DNA from: Lingula anatina
Lineage: Eukaryota; Animalia; Brachiopoda
Reading direction: 5' to 3'
DNA length: 64,000 nt
NCBI GenBank assembly: GCA_051362555.1
Contig: CM120640.1
Location: 43,502,788-43,566,787 of the forward strand
Made by a program: the position numbers and the translations under genes. Of the stretch, positions 23,239 through 48,465 are shown in pieces. Positions within the stretch are counted from its first letter, which is position 1. The number at the start of each line of letters is the position of its first letter. The notes under the pieces are model-generated. The model saw only the letters and a list, made by a program, of their open reading frames with translations, was not told where the DNA came from and did not search any database.

Positions 23239-26200
23239 ACTTTCATATCAATATAAATCACGACTGTTATAAATTTTCAAATATTAATACTAAGCCATGT
23301 ATTACCTGCTAGGTGAGGGGACAGAAGCCACCTCTGGGACCACTGCTGCTGTCAGGGTCTTGGTTGCAGTGGAGAAAGCCTGGAAAATGGCTGAGCCTCC
23401 TATTGTTATCATTGCACCCTGATAATATGGATAAGACTGCCTTAAAAACCACGCAAACATATTCCTTGTATAATTTTCATTAAAGAAAAACACAAAGATG
23501 AAGATGAATTTATAAAATTTAAAAAATAAAATATAAGAACTAGAATATTACAAAATGTCAATAATATATTCCTTTGTAATAAAATATGAAAAGACAGGTT
23601 TTCTATGCAAATGAAATTTTCTACTTTTTTAGAAACAACAAAATTTACCTCAAGTCTTCCATAACATTCCTCGATAAACTTTCTGTGCAGTGGAACAGGA
23701 TCCTGTGACAGGTAGAAATAAATTTATAAATTCAATGTTACTTTATTAACTAATGTTTAAACCAAAAACAGTACTTCTTAGCCAAGGCATCTGTCCTTAC
23801 TGGGATGAACTTAATACCTTCAACTTGACTTGGAACAAGGTCACCTGATAATGTCTTCTTGATTCTTCCATTTAACATAAAATAAATCATCTGACATCAG
23901 AAAGAATCATTGCAATCCACTAATCTAGGATTAAACAATGTATTTTTTCACATGTAAGTTTATTACGAGACCCACCTTTTTCAGTTTTGGTACCAGACTG
24001 ATGTAGGACATGTGAAGTAGGACATCTATGGCTTCCTGAGCAATGTCTTCATCTGTGATATTGAGACATGTCTCCCACAGATAGTCTAGACCAATGAGAT
24101 CACTTTTCTCAACAACCTAAAGAGAATATATACCACTGTGTAAAAACATGTTGAAGACCATATAATGAAAATATCCAGCTTCATAAATAGGCATGAGTAC
24201 ACTGTAGTAACTATAACAATTGTATCATTAAATTTGCTTTAATTTTAACAAATGGCATAATCTGTGAAACTTCATGAACTTACCAAGAGAGTACCTTGCT
24301 TCTTTAGTTTATTCTGATACATGTTGACACTTTCAAAAAAGAATTTCCAGCACCTGAATCCTACAGAAACATAAAGGAAAGTGTAATTAAACCAGAGATT
24401 CACCCACATTTTGACCTTTATTAGAAAAGATACTTCACATCTAAGTCTATTCAACATTAGAACTTTAAACCTTAGAGCTAAAAGTATTGTTTCAATGCTC
24501 AAACTTACCCTTTTCAGTCATTTTACATGGATCAAGCTTCAGCAGCTCTTTCTGGAACAGCGATTCTTGTGTTTCGGCTTCCAGGTCAGATATCCCTTTT
24601 GTAAACCACTCAAAACACACCTTAACAAAAGTTAAACTTTTATAAGATTTGAAAGAAAAAAAAGCTAGACTGTATAATAGATAGATGTTCAACACATTCT
24701 ACCCCAAACCCAAACAGCTTGCTTTGTTTACCAAGAACAAAATGTTTTTGTACTTGTTAATTAGTACATTAAAAACTTGTAATTCCCTACAGCATGTTAG
24801 TAACCTAGAAGTTGTTTCACTAATGACCAACAGCTGATACTTGAGCAAAAAAATAAAAATGATTCGCTCTACAAAAAATTGGGATAAGCCACAGCCTGTA
24901 TAACCTCTTGTCTGTGGAGTTTTGATTTATAGTCAGTGGACACCGCTAGACTGGAAAACTTCAATAAATAAATTGATCTACATGTGATCAAAGTACCCAC
25001 CTCCTTGTCCCAGTTGCAGGCCTCAGGGTTGGCCACCAGGGTGTCCCATATGTCCCTGGCCCTGTGCCAGGATAAGTACAGTGCCCCTTCTTGTAATGTG
25101 AACTGGAGGAATTCTAAATGGACACTAACATACTGAAAAAGAGTTAAAAGATGTGATCGAGCTGAGAATTTACTTTTCCAACCCATAACTGCCACTGAAA
25201 GTAATTATAGGACAATATGGAAAAGAGAAAAAAAAAACTTAAGATGTGTAATTTAAATATTACAAAGTATAAGCCCCTCTCACATTATTCATTTGAGGCA
25301 ATTCATTTCTAAATTATAAATGTTTCATTACTGAATTTGTGCACAGAATTATGGTTCAAAATCTAAAGATTCTTACATCTTCATGAGTATATCTGCCATC
25401 CACAACTGTGTCTGGTTGCAGAGGTTCTTCTTTTGCCTTTGCTGCATCAACACCCAGTTTATGGCACTTGACTAAACTATTGGTTACTAACTTAACTGTA
25501 TCACAGGTTTTGTTGAGGTCATATAAGATACCCTAAGAAAATAGATAAATATTCATCATTTATAAATTATTGTCCACAGATAATTTTGCTCATAATTTCA
25601 CTGATCCAAATAGTCATTTAAAATTCAAAATTAATCTTTTCATTAAGTGCTTCAGAAAAAAATACTTACCCTGTCAGCTTTTGAGAATGTTTGCTTTGCT
25701 ATATTTTTGGATATATGTAAGAGTTGTTTCAAAGCAGGTAGCACCCACACTCCCTAAAAGTTAAGTACAGAAATAACAAAAATAAAAGATCAATCTATTC
25801 AGAGTTAAAATTCTAACATAAGGTAATCCTTCTGCTGTAAGATGTTACACACTTAAGATGTTTAGAATGAGCTTTTAAGCAGTATCAACAATGAATGTAC
25901 ATAAAACATAAAATAACAGACTTCAGTCACTGAAACAAGTTCAATCTATTCTGCACTTACCTTCTTTATGTCTTCCACACATTTAGTCAAGTAATTCTTC
26001 TTCACCTGCTCTCGCACACTATAGGCATCACTGAGAATGACCAGATGCTCTCCCAGGGCCTGCTCTATTAAGTTGGTGGTCAGTGACGGGACATGTGCCA
26101 GGTCCCACAGCAGTTCCAGCACTCGGGTGGTGGTCTTAGGAACCCTGGCGTCCTTCCCTATACGCCCTATCAGACTCAGCAGCCTTTCTTTCATTTTGTC

Positions 26201-28941
26201 ATTCTCAACTTGCCAGCTCTGGAGAAGTGTTCATTTATTATTTTTGTGGTGTGCATGTTAGAGGATAAGTAGATTATAAAAGCATTTTCTATCTAACGTA
26301 TAAACTGATCAGATAAATGAAAATCTTTAGATGGGACCTTAAGATCGTAATATAATATACAGCAAACATATAGTTGGAATTTTATATGAACAGATTTTTT
26401 ATAATATTCATTATATTCCTGGATTCTAATAGCTACACGCGTACGGCAACAGAAATATAAATTGTATTAAAAACAATGACCACTATTAAACTCACTTTCT
26501 GTACAAGAATAACAAAGTTATCAAGTTGCTGAGGATTAAACTTCACTGCTGCAGCTGCCATGATGGTGTGAATATTGTCCACAACATGGTTACTTCTGCC
26601 ATGCTGAATATGTACAAAGAGAACATACATGCACTACAAAGGTTTAAAGCATCCAGAACCCTGCTTTATTAAGTTGATTGATTGAATATTACAGTCACTC
26701 TTACTTAAACTAGACATTAAGCACCGAGTCTCTATTGAAATCAGGGTATATTGGCAATGTTGATGACAGTAAACATTAGAATTGTCTGTTAATATTTACC
26801 TCCTTCATATATAAATTACTAATAATCACAGTTCACCCACTTAGTTTACAATGTGATGCAGGCATACTGGTGAGCAATTAACTACTAGGCATTTGACATA
26901 GTGCTTTACCTGGATTTTCCAGATTTGTTCTATTTCATCTAAAGAAAGTCTAGTTCCTAGAAAATCTACTATGCCTTTGATTTTTTCACAATATTGGTCT
27001 TGGTCTATGTTTCCTGAAAATGTAAACTGAACCTTTAGAGAATTTCTCTTGTTAAATATATTGAAATGTAATTCAAACAGCTTAACTTAAATGCATTGCA
27101 TAGCATTAATAACCCAATCACCTAGTATAGAGATGGTAAAACTGTTAAATGTTTGTCTTACAGATTTCTTGAAAAACAGCTGCATTCAAGAATAAACTAA
27201 AAGGGATAATAACTCTTTGTTTTGGCCAAAAATGAGTTTTCCTGGAGTAAACAATAATTTTCCCATACTAAGCAATGGTTAATGAATCCATTTTTACATT
27301 CAAAGTTAGTCCCTGTTTTTTTCTAAAAAGTTTTTTTTTGTTATAATCTCTTAAGAGATTACAACAGAGTATAGCCATCAATGGAGGTCACGTGGTCTAA
27401 AGACAAGCTCAGATAGCAGAATAATAGCTATAACTGTCGTTTTTGTGGTAAAACAGAATATATTATATTTCTATGAGTTGTTCACAATGTTTTCATTGTG
27501 AAATATAGATCTCATACATAGAGTTATTATCCCTTTAAAGACGAAAATAGAATGGGGACTAATTTTCGAACCAAACCTTCTAGTGCCAATGACAACACAT
27601 TTTTCTCTTCCAGCCAATCTTGTACTTTGTCAGCATGTATGGCAATTTTTGACATCTTGGTTGCTGTAGCATCTTCAATTAGTCTGGAGACCTATCAAAA
27701 GCCAATAAATTCTTTCATGTATATATGAAACTCATTAAACTGATGTAATAAAATGACAACTGCTCAAGTAAATCACCACTTCTGAAATGAAATAAAAAAT
27801 TTCCAGTAAGCAATATATAAATAAAATCTATTTTTTGTTTAATGCAAATCTCTTTAAAATATCATGTTACAGGAAAGTTAAGTACTTAAACAAGGCCAGA
27901 CAGATTATTCTTATTGTACCTCTTTTAAAGCATTCATCCTTGCATTGAAGTTGGGTGATTTAATCATCCTGAGCACTATTTCTAGTCTGAGTTCATCCAC
28001 AGAAGAGACATCAGTCTTCCACATCTCCAGGCAGATCAATTTAACTGTAGCCAGCAAATCACAAACACTCCCAACTCTCTGAAACATCAGAATATCAGAT
28101 CAACTATATTTACACTTTTGACCTCAGAAGTATTTTCAACATTTTCCTTCATTTTCTGAATCAACTATTAAAAGCATATTCTAAAACAGTTATCTGCAAA
28201 TCCCATTTAGACAATGCACTGCTATTTCATTTTTTTTTATTAAATTTAATTTCAATTGTTAGACAAGATAATTTGCATAACTGTTAAAGGCTGATTTAAT
28301 ATTACAATCTTCCCTTCAGTGTACAGTGCTAACAATGAAGTAAAATGACTTTTTCTTTCACATGTTCAAACCACTGCAAATCACTGCCTTTCCCAAGTAA
28401 TGCACAAACCTTATCTTTGAGATCATTCTCACTCAGTCCTTGAACAAACTGAATGACCCTCTCCAGCCCATTGGCCAGTAATGGCTTGACCACATCTTCA
28501 TTGAGGAACTCTGCACACTGACCAAATGGGTGAAACAATGCAGCCATTGCCTGCAATTGGGAAAAAATCATTAATACCTAACAGTAAGAGTTCACTTACT
28601 TTTTTCAAAATTAATAAGGTCATAAGATGAATGTTCTGAGATAAAAATTACTATGAATGTCAATTTAGAAATGACATGATTGATTAAGCCAATATTGAAT
28701 AGAATAGTAAGAAATACTTGTCTGTAATGCTCTGAACATGTTTCCTGATAGGATGATGTAACTCATACTTACAGGGGCATCTAAATCCTCCTTCTTCATA
28801 CTTTTTTCAATGCAATGGAATCCACCTTTAAAGGCAAACTGAAACACAAAATGCATTTTGCTTCAAAACTAATACATCAATAGAAAATAAATTAGCTGAT
28901 AATATATATTCTTATATGTTAAATATGATTACTTATTTCTA

Positions 28942-28976
<35 letters not shown>

Positions 28977-31900
28977 TCCAAATGCTGAATGAAGTTAATT
29001 ATCAGATGTAATCAATTTGATTTGACCCTGTTGAGGTTAGTGGTGCAGCCTCTGCCTGGATATACTGAACTTATCCAATTAACTTTCACTGTAGTAACAG
29101 AATGGAACAATTGCATCTCATAAATAATATCACACAATCAGATTATTAACAGAAAAAAGTATATAAGTAATTTAGTACTTACAGAAAACAAGGTATACAA
29201 TATAAAGAGTGAGCTGCTACTTACCCTGTTGATTAAATTAGTGAGCCACCCATAAGGTTCCTGAAAAAAGTTATAATTTGTTTATTGTTGTGTGAAAAGC
29301 CTCCTATGATATAAAGATTCCCTTCCTGCAGTGAATATCGCTACTGTTTATCACCTAATTTATTTACTCATTTTGTCGCTCTACTAGTTTATTTTTCATC
29401 TAAGTATTCTTTAAGAAGAGAATAAATGTAAATGTATTTAAAATAGTACGATTAAAAGAGTAGACTAAAATTCAACAGCATTGACAGTTACAAGTGGCAT
29501 TAAAATACACATCATTTATATTATATTCACCAAGACTCCTCAGCATTATTAAACATATAAATATATTATATATTTATATGTTTAATAATGCTGAGGAGTC
29601 TTGGTGAAAAAAATACCTTAAATGCCCCCTGAGGACTGATAGCGCTGAGTCCTTTTTCTCCTAGCTTCTCCTCCCAGTACATTTTGTCAGCTTTCCGGTT
29701 TCTGTTCTTCATATGATATTCGGTTTCTGGATTGAGCACCTGTAAAATATCAATGAATATATTATTATTTCTCTGAAATAAAGAGAAAAACTACAGTTTT
29801 ATAATGCCTTAGGTATGTAAATTCTTTATTTACAGTACACAATACTAACATAATTTTTTTTAATTTCATTACGACAATAAAACATACAAAAACATGATGG
29901 CAATTTTAATTGAACACTGAGTTTATAATTGGTATAATTTTAAATAGTTATTTAGCAGCATTAAGGAAAACATGCAGAATTTTTGCTCAAAAAAACATTA
30001 AACAACCAAACAAACAACCATTTTCTGGGACTTGCAGACTAACCAGAGCAATATACACATATTATCACTTTATCTTGTTCTAAAGTCAAAAAGATCCATT
30101 AAATATTCCTGAAACCACTTGTTTTTTTACTTGGATTGAGGTAAATGAATGGTTAAATGCAACCACTGGATTTTTGATTTGCAAAAAAAAAGGTGGTCAA
30201 TTTCCCCCTTATAAATTAAGAGAGATTGGCAAAAATAAATATTTTTCTCTTTTTGCCAAAGAAAACCTCACAAGACACTAGCAGCAACTAGCAAGAACAT
30301 GATTTATTCTTAAACAAGTATCATGTGTAGCCATGGGCTAAAAAAGGATTAGTTTACGGAAAATGAGAAAATATAGAAGAGAAAAAATGCCAGCCAAAAG
30401 CTCAAACTTACCACACTGAGGACAGCCAGTAAGTCAACTGGCACAGGGTCATGTTGTAATCTTGCAACGACCAAGTCAATCAGCAGTTGCATCATGTTGT
30501 AGATCCCTTCCTGGATCTCTGTTCCCCAACGATGTACTGCACCAGATGTAAGCAGCTAGATTATAAGATACAAAATATACAAAAGCCTGCTTAAAATGTT
30601 GTTAAAACAGTCATTTTCCTTCTACTAATTTCATTTGAAGATATATCTATAATTCCCATCCAATCCAAAACAGATCAAAAATTGAAAGTTTTTTGGCAGC
30701 TGAATTACTAGTATGTAAAAACATCATATGCACATACCTTTTGAAAACATTCTGGCATACATCTGTTTAAAAAACGTTTGCAGTGTTCATCACTTTCTAT
30801 CATATCTGCAAGAAAAAAGCAACATAACATAGTATATTTTCCTTAAGACTGATGTTCAAAAACACTCAACTTCTTTTTCTGTCATAACACTTAAATAAAA
30901 ACAGAGCATATTTATAAAAATAAATAAATAAATCAAACAGAGAATTCATTTTAAAATAAAAAACAGTATATGGCATGTTCTTTACATAACAGAGTTAAGG
31001 TCAGAAAATTTACATACCATTTGCTGCAAACCTTGTTGCAGCAATGAGGCATTTGCCCAAAGATTCTTCTCTTTTGTATGGAATAGACCAGTTATCTGTA
31101 AATACTCTGCCTTCAAGTTCATAGAGGTTTGTTACTGGAAACTCATTTGATTCTTCAGAGTTTTCTTCAGCTCCATCTTCTGGTTTAGAAACTTCCTTCT
31201 GAAATACAAAAATTCACAAATCAACATTTGCCAATAACAAACATGCAAAAAAAAAAAAAAAGCATTTATAAACTGGAGGGCCTTGTGGTCAGAGTGTCAG
31301 CCTCCAAAGCAGGAGGATGTGGGTTCGACCCGGTTCGCAGACATGCCAGTCTGTCATAAAAGGCTACCTGCTGTCTCCACGCATGACACTCAGCACTTAG
31401 AAGTTGAACCGGGGGTTTAGTTTGTGGTCTGGCAGTGAATGCCATGCTGGTTAGCTAGCTTCCAGTGCTTGGCTGTATCCCCCCCTCTCCCAGCGAGGCG
31501 AGAGTACCAACACCCAGTTTGCATCAGGGCCAAAAATGACCAGGCGTCCATTGTAGTTCACTCTGAGACACATGTAGTGCAGCATATAAGAGCATTACTT
31601 TATTTTACTTTACTTTTAGTTTATAAAACATTGAATCTATATCCTATTTCTTCTCAATATCCAATTTAAATACATAAATGTACATGTATGCAGAGGTCTA
31701 CTAAAAACATCTTTTGGATGAAGGGGACAGATACATTTGCTATAAACTTAGAGCATAGCAGGACATTCATCTGGAGTTTATAAACCACAGTTATTCTTAT
31801 ACATATATCCAAGAATGCTTATAAATATAGGTGCTGTCAAGGCAGCATTAACAAGGCATTATGATATAAAGGGCATTTATGAATGCATGCAATTGTTAAC

Positions 31901-33200
31901 AAGATAATTTTGTAGATATAGATATTGTTTGTGCTGGATATGCATTAACAGATAACAATGATTTTAATGTGAGAATGTCATATAAAGAATTGGATGTTAT
32001 CACCTGGCTTGTAACCAAATTAATGGTTATAAATTGCCATATTTTCCTACTGATATAAAAGATACTAAAATAAATAATTCATCTACATTTTAACAAATGT
32101 CTATGAGCTCCATTAAATTATATATTGATATTTTTAATTTTTTTATTTGAAATTTAACACCCTCATTTTATTTTGTAAATTTTCTTTACCTCTACAGGTC
32201 CCCCCCCCCTCCCCAAGAAAATGGGAATGATCTCTGTTTAACTTTTTACATTTTCAATAATATCCTTCTGACATCTTGCATATTTATTGTAATCTGAATG
32301 AGTTAGTACCATAAATGCACAGATGACTAGCAAAAGTACTGAAAACCCTCCGAACTTATTTCCTAGAATAACTAATATTTCGATCCCACTATGCCTTGTT
32401 TTTCTTGATTGTGAAAAAAATTGTAGTCTGAAAATCACATGCAGGTGATGTTTACATCGTTGTCCGCTGTTTTGGACTGTGGTTCTTCTTGGCAATATTA
32501 TATGCTAGGGGACGAGCCGACATAAACAAATCATACCAATTTAAGTTGCATCAATTATCTTAATTAATTACCTAGTAATATATTTAGCTTTTATATCACC
32601 CTATTTTATTGGAAACTTCCATTTCCTGGGTTTCCTTGTGACAAGACTCCTTTATTCCAGTGCATTGCCCTGTGTTGCACGTCGCGGTGTACTGAGCATT
32701 ATTTTTCGGGAGACCCCCAGGCCAGTAACGTAGTAGTAGTAGTACCCCTGTAGTAGCCGTAGCAGAGTCAACTTTAAATGATGGACAAAGCCACAACTGC
32801 CGAAAGAGTGGATATATGTAAATTCACTTCTTAACCAAGTGAATTTATTTTATTTTATTCTCCCTTTCTCTCTCTTTAACAAGCAGGACAATGTGTAACG
32901 TGGTGCTGCAGAGCTTGTTGCCACACCTACCTGCTCATGATCAACGACCTCATCATAACTTGGGGGAGGAGCGGGTCCATAAACAGGCGATGTAGTCGCC
33001 TGCTTATTTGCCTGATCATCTTTCATTTCGACATCCAACTCTTCTAACGTGTCAAAACTTGAACCCGGTGCCTCGTTGGTCAAAAATGCTACAGCTTCAT
33101 TCAAATCGTTTTTGCCCAGTCGAAGTGCCCGCCTTACTTCACTCTCGCTGGGAAACCCCATGCTCAAAAGCGTGGAGACGTGTTCCTCATTTACTTCCAT
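10248..33200 (-). CDS. USP24: Ubiquitin carboxyl-terminal hydrolase 24 (USP24 ortholog), 42 coding exons in window; His-box and C-terminal exons lie beyond the left edge
   Basis: Phase-consistent exons read manually (minus strand): 32931-33200, 31018-31198, 30738-30805, 30412-30555, 29617-29739, 29225-29260, 28773-28838, 28410-28550, 27920-28078, 27577-27691, 26910-27013, 26496-26603, 25961-26218, 25670-25753, 25377-25532, 25001-25132, 24509-24620, 24284-24360, 23976-24116, 23649-23702, 23306-23418, 22902-23079, 22441-22539, 22094-22216, 21247-21285, 20926-21011, 20656-20740, 20288-20476, 19784-19977, 19217-19376, 18832-18979, 18335-18487, 17872-18106, 17551-17612, 16968-17153, 16573-16687, 16063-16207, 15590-15750, 11251-11431, 10955-11037, 10678-10816, 10248-10367. 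The N-terminal UBA and the motif [32 protein letters not shown] are typical of USP24 rather than USP9X/USP34. Also present: Cys box [21 protein letters not shown], zinc-ribbon CRDC/CEKC and QLKRFGYDW. Confidence 0.93.
11580..15461 (+). mobile_element. Non-autonomous Helentron/HINE-type (pearl/DINE-1-like) composite element with 159-bp core tandem repeats and three 3' ends
   Basis: 5' start AAACAAGG followed by subterminal ATGTACAGACA (11603-11613), which is complementary to the 3' hairpin arm. Hairpin TATGTACAGACACA-tc-TGTGTCTGTACATA plus an A-run at 13773-13806, 14420-14452 (one mismatch) and 15428-15461, each preceded by a GGCGAC/GACG microsatellite. 159-bp core repeats start at 13243/13402/13561, 14060/14219 and 14904/15063/15222. 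Further duplicated ~300-340-bp (11760, 12060, 12399) and ~405-bp (12451, 12855) blocks. Family assignment is by structural analogy only. Confidence 0.75.
15590..15750 (-). CDS. USP24: USP24 exon containing the catalytic Cys box
   Basis: tag|[53 protein letters not shown]|gtgaga; not reported in the ORF track. Confidence 0.95.
21518..22056. mobile_element. MITE (539 bp) with ~110-bp near-perfect TIRs and 5-bp TSD TGATA
   Basis: Left end CAGGCCTACCCAACTACCAGACTCGGCACCTAAGGATCCTGAATTAACCGGTATATCGGACCAC... mirrors right end ...GTGGTCCGATATACCGGTTAATTCAGGATCCTTAGGTGCCGAGTCTGGTAGTTTGGTAGGCCTG. TGATA occurs at 21513-21517 and 22057-22061. Confidence 0.9.
23184..23238. repeat. (AAAT)n tetranucleotide microsatellite
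   Basis: Direct reading of about 14 TAAA units. Confidence 0.95.
27202..27534. mobile_element. Kolobok-like MITE, copy 1
   Basis: TIR AGGGATAATAACTCT...AGAGTTATTATCCCT, flanked by TAAA/TTAA; highly similar over its whole length to 37984-38320. TTAA TSD with RR termini is the Kolobok signature. Confidence 0.8.
29526..29608. repeat. Perfect 83-bp palindrome (41-bp arms, 1-nt centre)
   Basis: TTCACCAAGACTCCTCAGCATTATTAAACATATAAATATAT-t-ATATATTTATATGTTTAATAATGCTGAGGAGTCTTGGTGAA, no mismatches. Confidence 0.97.
31275..31620 (+). mobile_element. tRNA-derived SINE (possibly Meta-domain type, L2-like 3' tail)
   Basis: Pol III A box TGGTCAGAGTG and B box GGTTCGACC. The central TACCTGCTGTCTCCACGCATGACACTCAGCACTTAG recalls the Meta-SINE domain (from memory). 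The 3' end CTCTGAGAC...GCATATAAGAGC is followed by a (TTTAC)n tail. Confidence 0.75.
32931..33200 (-). CDS. USP24: USP24 first coding exon (UBA domain)
   Basis: [40 protein letters not shown] contains the UBA MGF motif; ends CAG|gtaggt; 270 nt, phase 0. Confidence 0.93.
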
Positions 33201-33324
33201 GTCTAGCGAACCACTAGCATAATGCCTTAATTCAGCACATAAGGCAAATGAGCAAAATATCTTTTAAAAATGCAATCACAATGTTGCGGAAAACATTCTG
33301 GATCAAAAATAGGTCAACTTAGTT

Positions 33325-33340
33325 TGTCCGCCATGATGAA
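33325..33340 (-). promoter_or_regulatory. YY1-like element (CATCATGGCGGAC) near the probable USP24 transcription start
   Basis: ATGGCG core about 130 bp upstream of the USP24 ATG in a locally CpG-richer region; motif match only. Confidence 0.4.
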
Positions 33341-33935
33341 AACCTTCATAATCTCGAACCGCAATCAAAGGTTTACATTTCATAGATTCATATATTCAAA
33401 CATAGTTTTGTGTATCTCTATATTTCTCTCTAATATGCATTAAAATTATATGCTCGAAAGAAGAAAAGATAGTCCATACTATCGTTTACAGTTTTAGAGG
33501 TTATGAAGCCAATGTGACCTCGTTTAATGTCATACTCCAAATTGCAGTCTCGTTCTTCGTATCATGTCATGACAAAAAGGTACATTTTAAACGAGGCCGA
33601 AGTATGAAAATGTTCCTGGCGAATGATTAACGATACTAGTTTTCGGCATTTTAACTTGGATTATTTTCCACTACTTTTTGGGTCTACTGAGGGTATATAT
33701 TTAAATATACTCCATAAAACCTACTCTCTGTCCTAAACCAAAAAACAAGGTTAGGATTTTTTCAGTTATATTCACAAATTGCCGTTTAGACAGGTTTAAT
33801 TTACAATAAATCGATGGTGGACACCTCATGGTTTTTCTACATTTTATGAGATTTTACTTTTTCCTATGAGTCCTCTATATGTCAGTGTAAACCTGCAAGG
33901 AATACAAAGATGAACAATATACATTCATAAAACAT

Positions 33936-33941
33936 TTTATT
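33936..33941 (-). terminator. Candidate poly(A) signal of the PKA-C 3' UTR
   Basis: AATAAA on the minus strand followed by a U/GU-rich tract, ~1.56 kb after the stop at 35504, just before the sequence becomes CpG-richer (USP24 promoter). Confidence 0.5.
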
Positions 33942-35503
33942 GACATCATTAAAAAGTAATACATGAATATTACCGTAAATACGGCAACTAACTGTAATTA
34001 ATCAGAACAATATTGACAGAATATACAATTAACATCACTGAGTGAGCACACATCAAATAGCCCTTTTATACTAAAAACTTTCCTCATATATGTCGTCACT
34101 CCTTATGATTAGAAAAAAGACTGCACAAATGTAGTGGCATTATGGTTGCCACCACTGCAAAGCAAGCTTTTTCTTAAATACGCTTTTGAAAAACATTATC
34201 TATAGCTCAATTGGCAAGAGAAATTATCAACGAACATTTTGGCTACTGATAAAAAGAACCATACTGTTGTTCAAAATGTTCTCCACATACATGTGCCTAG
34301 AAGCCTTGTATGTTCTATTACAACAGTGGTATAACCTTTGGCTTGGAGGAAAAAAACTGGGACCTGACAAAAATGAATGAAAGTATTACAACATAGTTAA
34401 AGCAATAAAATATACATTTGAACCTTACTGATGGTTTTACACCATTTTTTTTTTCAAACTACGGTATTTACAAAGCTGACAACTAATTTTTTTTCAAAAG
34501 ACCAAGCATAAAAATCGAGACTAGATAACATGCACAACCAATAATTTCTAACCATTTTACTTTGGTCATCTTATATAAACTTTTTTCCTGCTGTTGGTAA
34601 GTCGCAGAGGTCTCCTTGGATGAAGGAGAACAATTTAGGCACCAGTTGATTAGACTACTACTATGTCTATTACTAATTCACATTTAAGTAAATAATATCT
34701 ATCTTGTATGGTGTATAAAACTAAACTGTTATCATTTTCTTCTTTGAAAACTGAATTATTCATTTTTCATTCTAAAATAATAATGTGAACATAAGAGATT
34801 GTACTTAACTTATAACAATATGTAAGACTTATAGCTCCATGTATACAACTTATCAATCAAAAATTTTATTAACATTTAATCGAATGTCTAGACTATTTAT
34901 TGGATTCATCTGCCTAGAATTTACCAAAACTTTGTCTTGGGTGTCATATTCACATTATACAAGAAGGGAAAAATGACATTGATTCAATAAGATGAGTGGT
35001 CTATTATTTGGCTTGAACACTAGGTTTATATATTATGACTGTATACATATATATTTCTTGAAAATGTGCAAATGCCTTTTAAAGACAGATTCTCACCTGA
35101 GGTATTCTTGAATACTAGATATTTCCGATTTATTTTTAGACAGAAATGATTTTACATCTAATTGCTTAGGGGAGAAGGAAATTTCTCACTGATATTAGCA
35201 GCAAGGCTACTGTAAATGGTGTAAATTGTAACAGCTCACATGCACATCTGGACAGAAATTTCAGCAGAAATCAACAACAACCTACCACCTCTATCTTTCA
35301 CATTTAGGCCGCCTTTCTGTAAAATTTATCAGGGAACATTCCAGATCAAATTACTCTGAAGAAAATATTGCACCTTCGTAGAGAAAGTCAATAACTGGTG
35401 CATCACCATCAGGTCATCACAATAATGCCAGGTGACAGTCAGTGTAAGGTGCATGACAAGAAAGATACTACAATCTGTAATTTTTTCCCATCAAATTAAT
35501 TGT

Positions 35504-47577
<12,074 letters not shown>

Positions 47578-47843
47578 AGTATAATCAACAAGAAACGCCC
47601 AGTTATTTATCTATCTAGACCCAAACTGCAGAAAATTTGTCTTCATGTAACATAGGCAAACAACCTTTCAACACAGCATATACACATGCGCCGAACACTT
47701 TTCTCTTTTTTTCAAGATCATTTTCATTATGTTGATATATTTTAACATTTATTCAAACGGTTACGGTCATTTATCTCTGCATGTCATATATTGACTAATA
47801 TCAGCGTAAAGTCACATTTTCTTATAGGACTATTTTGTTTTGA

Positions 47844-47854
47844 CAAAATGGCGG
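47844..47854 (+). promoter_or_regulatory. YY1 consensus CAAAATGGCGG in the PKA-C proximal promoter region
   Basis: Exact AAAATGGCG motif about 270 bp upstream of the PKA-C ATG, on the opposite strand; motif match only. Confidence 0.45.
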
Positions 47855-48252
47855 AGTAAACTATTATGGGATGGGAATGTTCACATCAACCACAATCGTC
47901 GCAGAGAAATGCAATCATACCAGCTCAACTATCAGATAAATCTATCGATTTCGCTGGGTTTTTGGTGCCCCATCAGACACGAAAAATCAACACTGGACTG
48001 CATTAAAACAGTATTTTGCTCGAATATCATTGACAATAGTCGAGACACGGGGTAGTTAACCTTAATCCTACGTTTGTAGTTTTGTCCCACTGCTAAAATT
48101 TTTAGTCGTAGCAAACCCATCATAGTAAAAAATTATAGGCCTAATGATAGGCCTAATAATAAAACAAAAATAAAATAAAAATAGCCCTAAATTTCGGATC
48201 CCTTTTTAATGGCAATATTGCCCTAAATTCAAAAGTCTGTCAGGCTAGAAAT

Positions 48253-48465
48253 CATTGGCGGATTTAGGGGGGTGTCGTGGGGGTGTCGTCGACCCCCCCC
48301 CTTTCATTTCTGAAATAATCACGCTAACGGTCCCCTCTTGTAATTAGAATCTTGACTAGCTGAATCAGCGTTCGCCTTCTAAAATTCCAAATTTTCGGGG
48401 CCCTTCAGGCTTCGCATCCACCCCCCCCCCCCCTTCAAATAGGCCTAATCCTGGATCAGCCCCTG
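48253..48465. mobile_element. Small hAT-like MITE (CAGGGGCGGATCCAG-type ends) with 7-bp direct repeat TAGAAAT
   Basis: CATTGGCGGATTTAGGGGGG ... CCTGGATCAGCCCCTG; TAGAAAT on both sides; internal TTGACTAGCTGAATCA shared with 59658-59925. Confidence 0.7.

Noticed and set aside
31275-31350. Possible tRNA gene
   Set aside because: A and B boxes are present but there is no complete cloverleaf; the sequence continues into a SINE body and tail.
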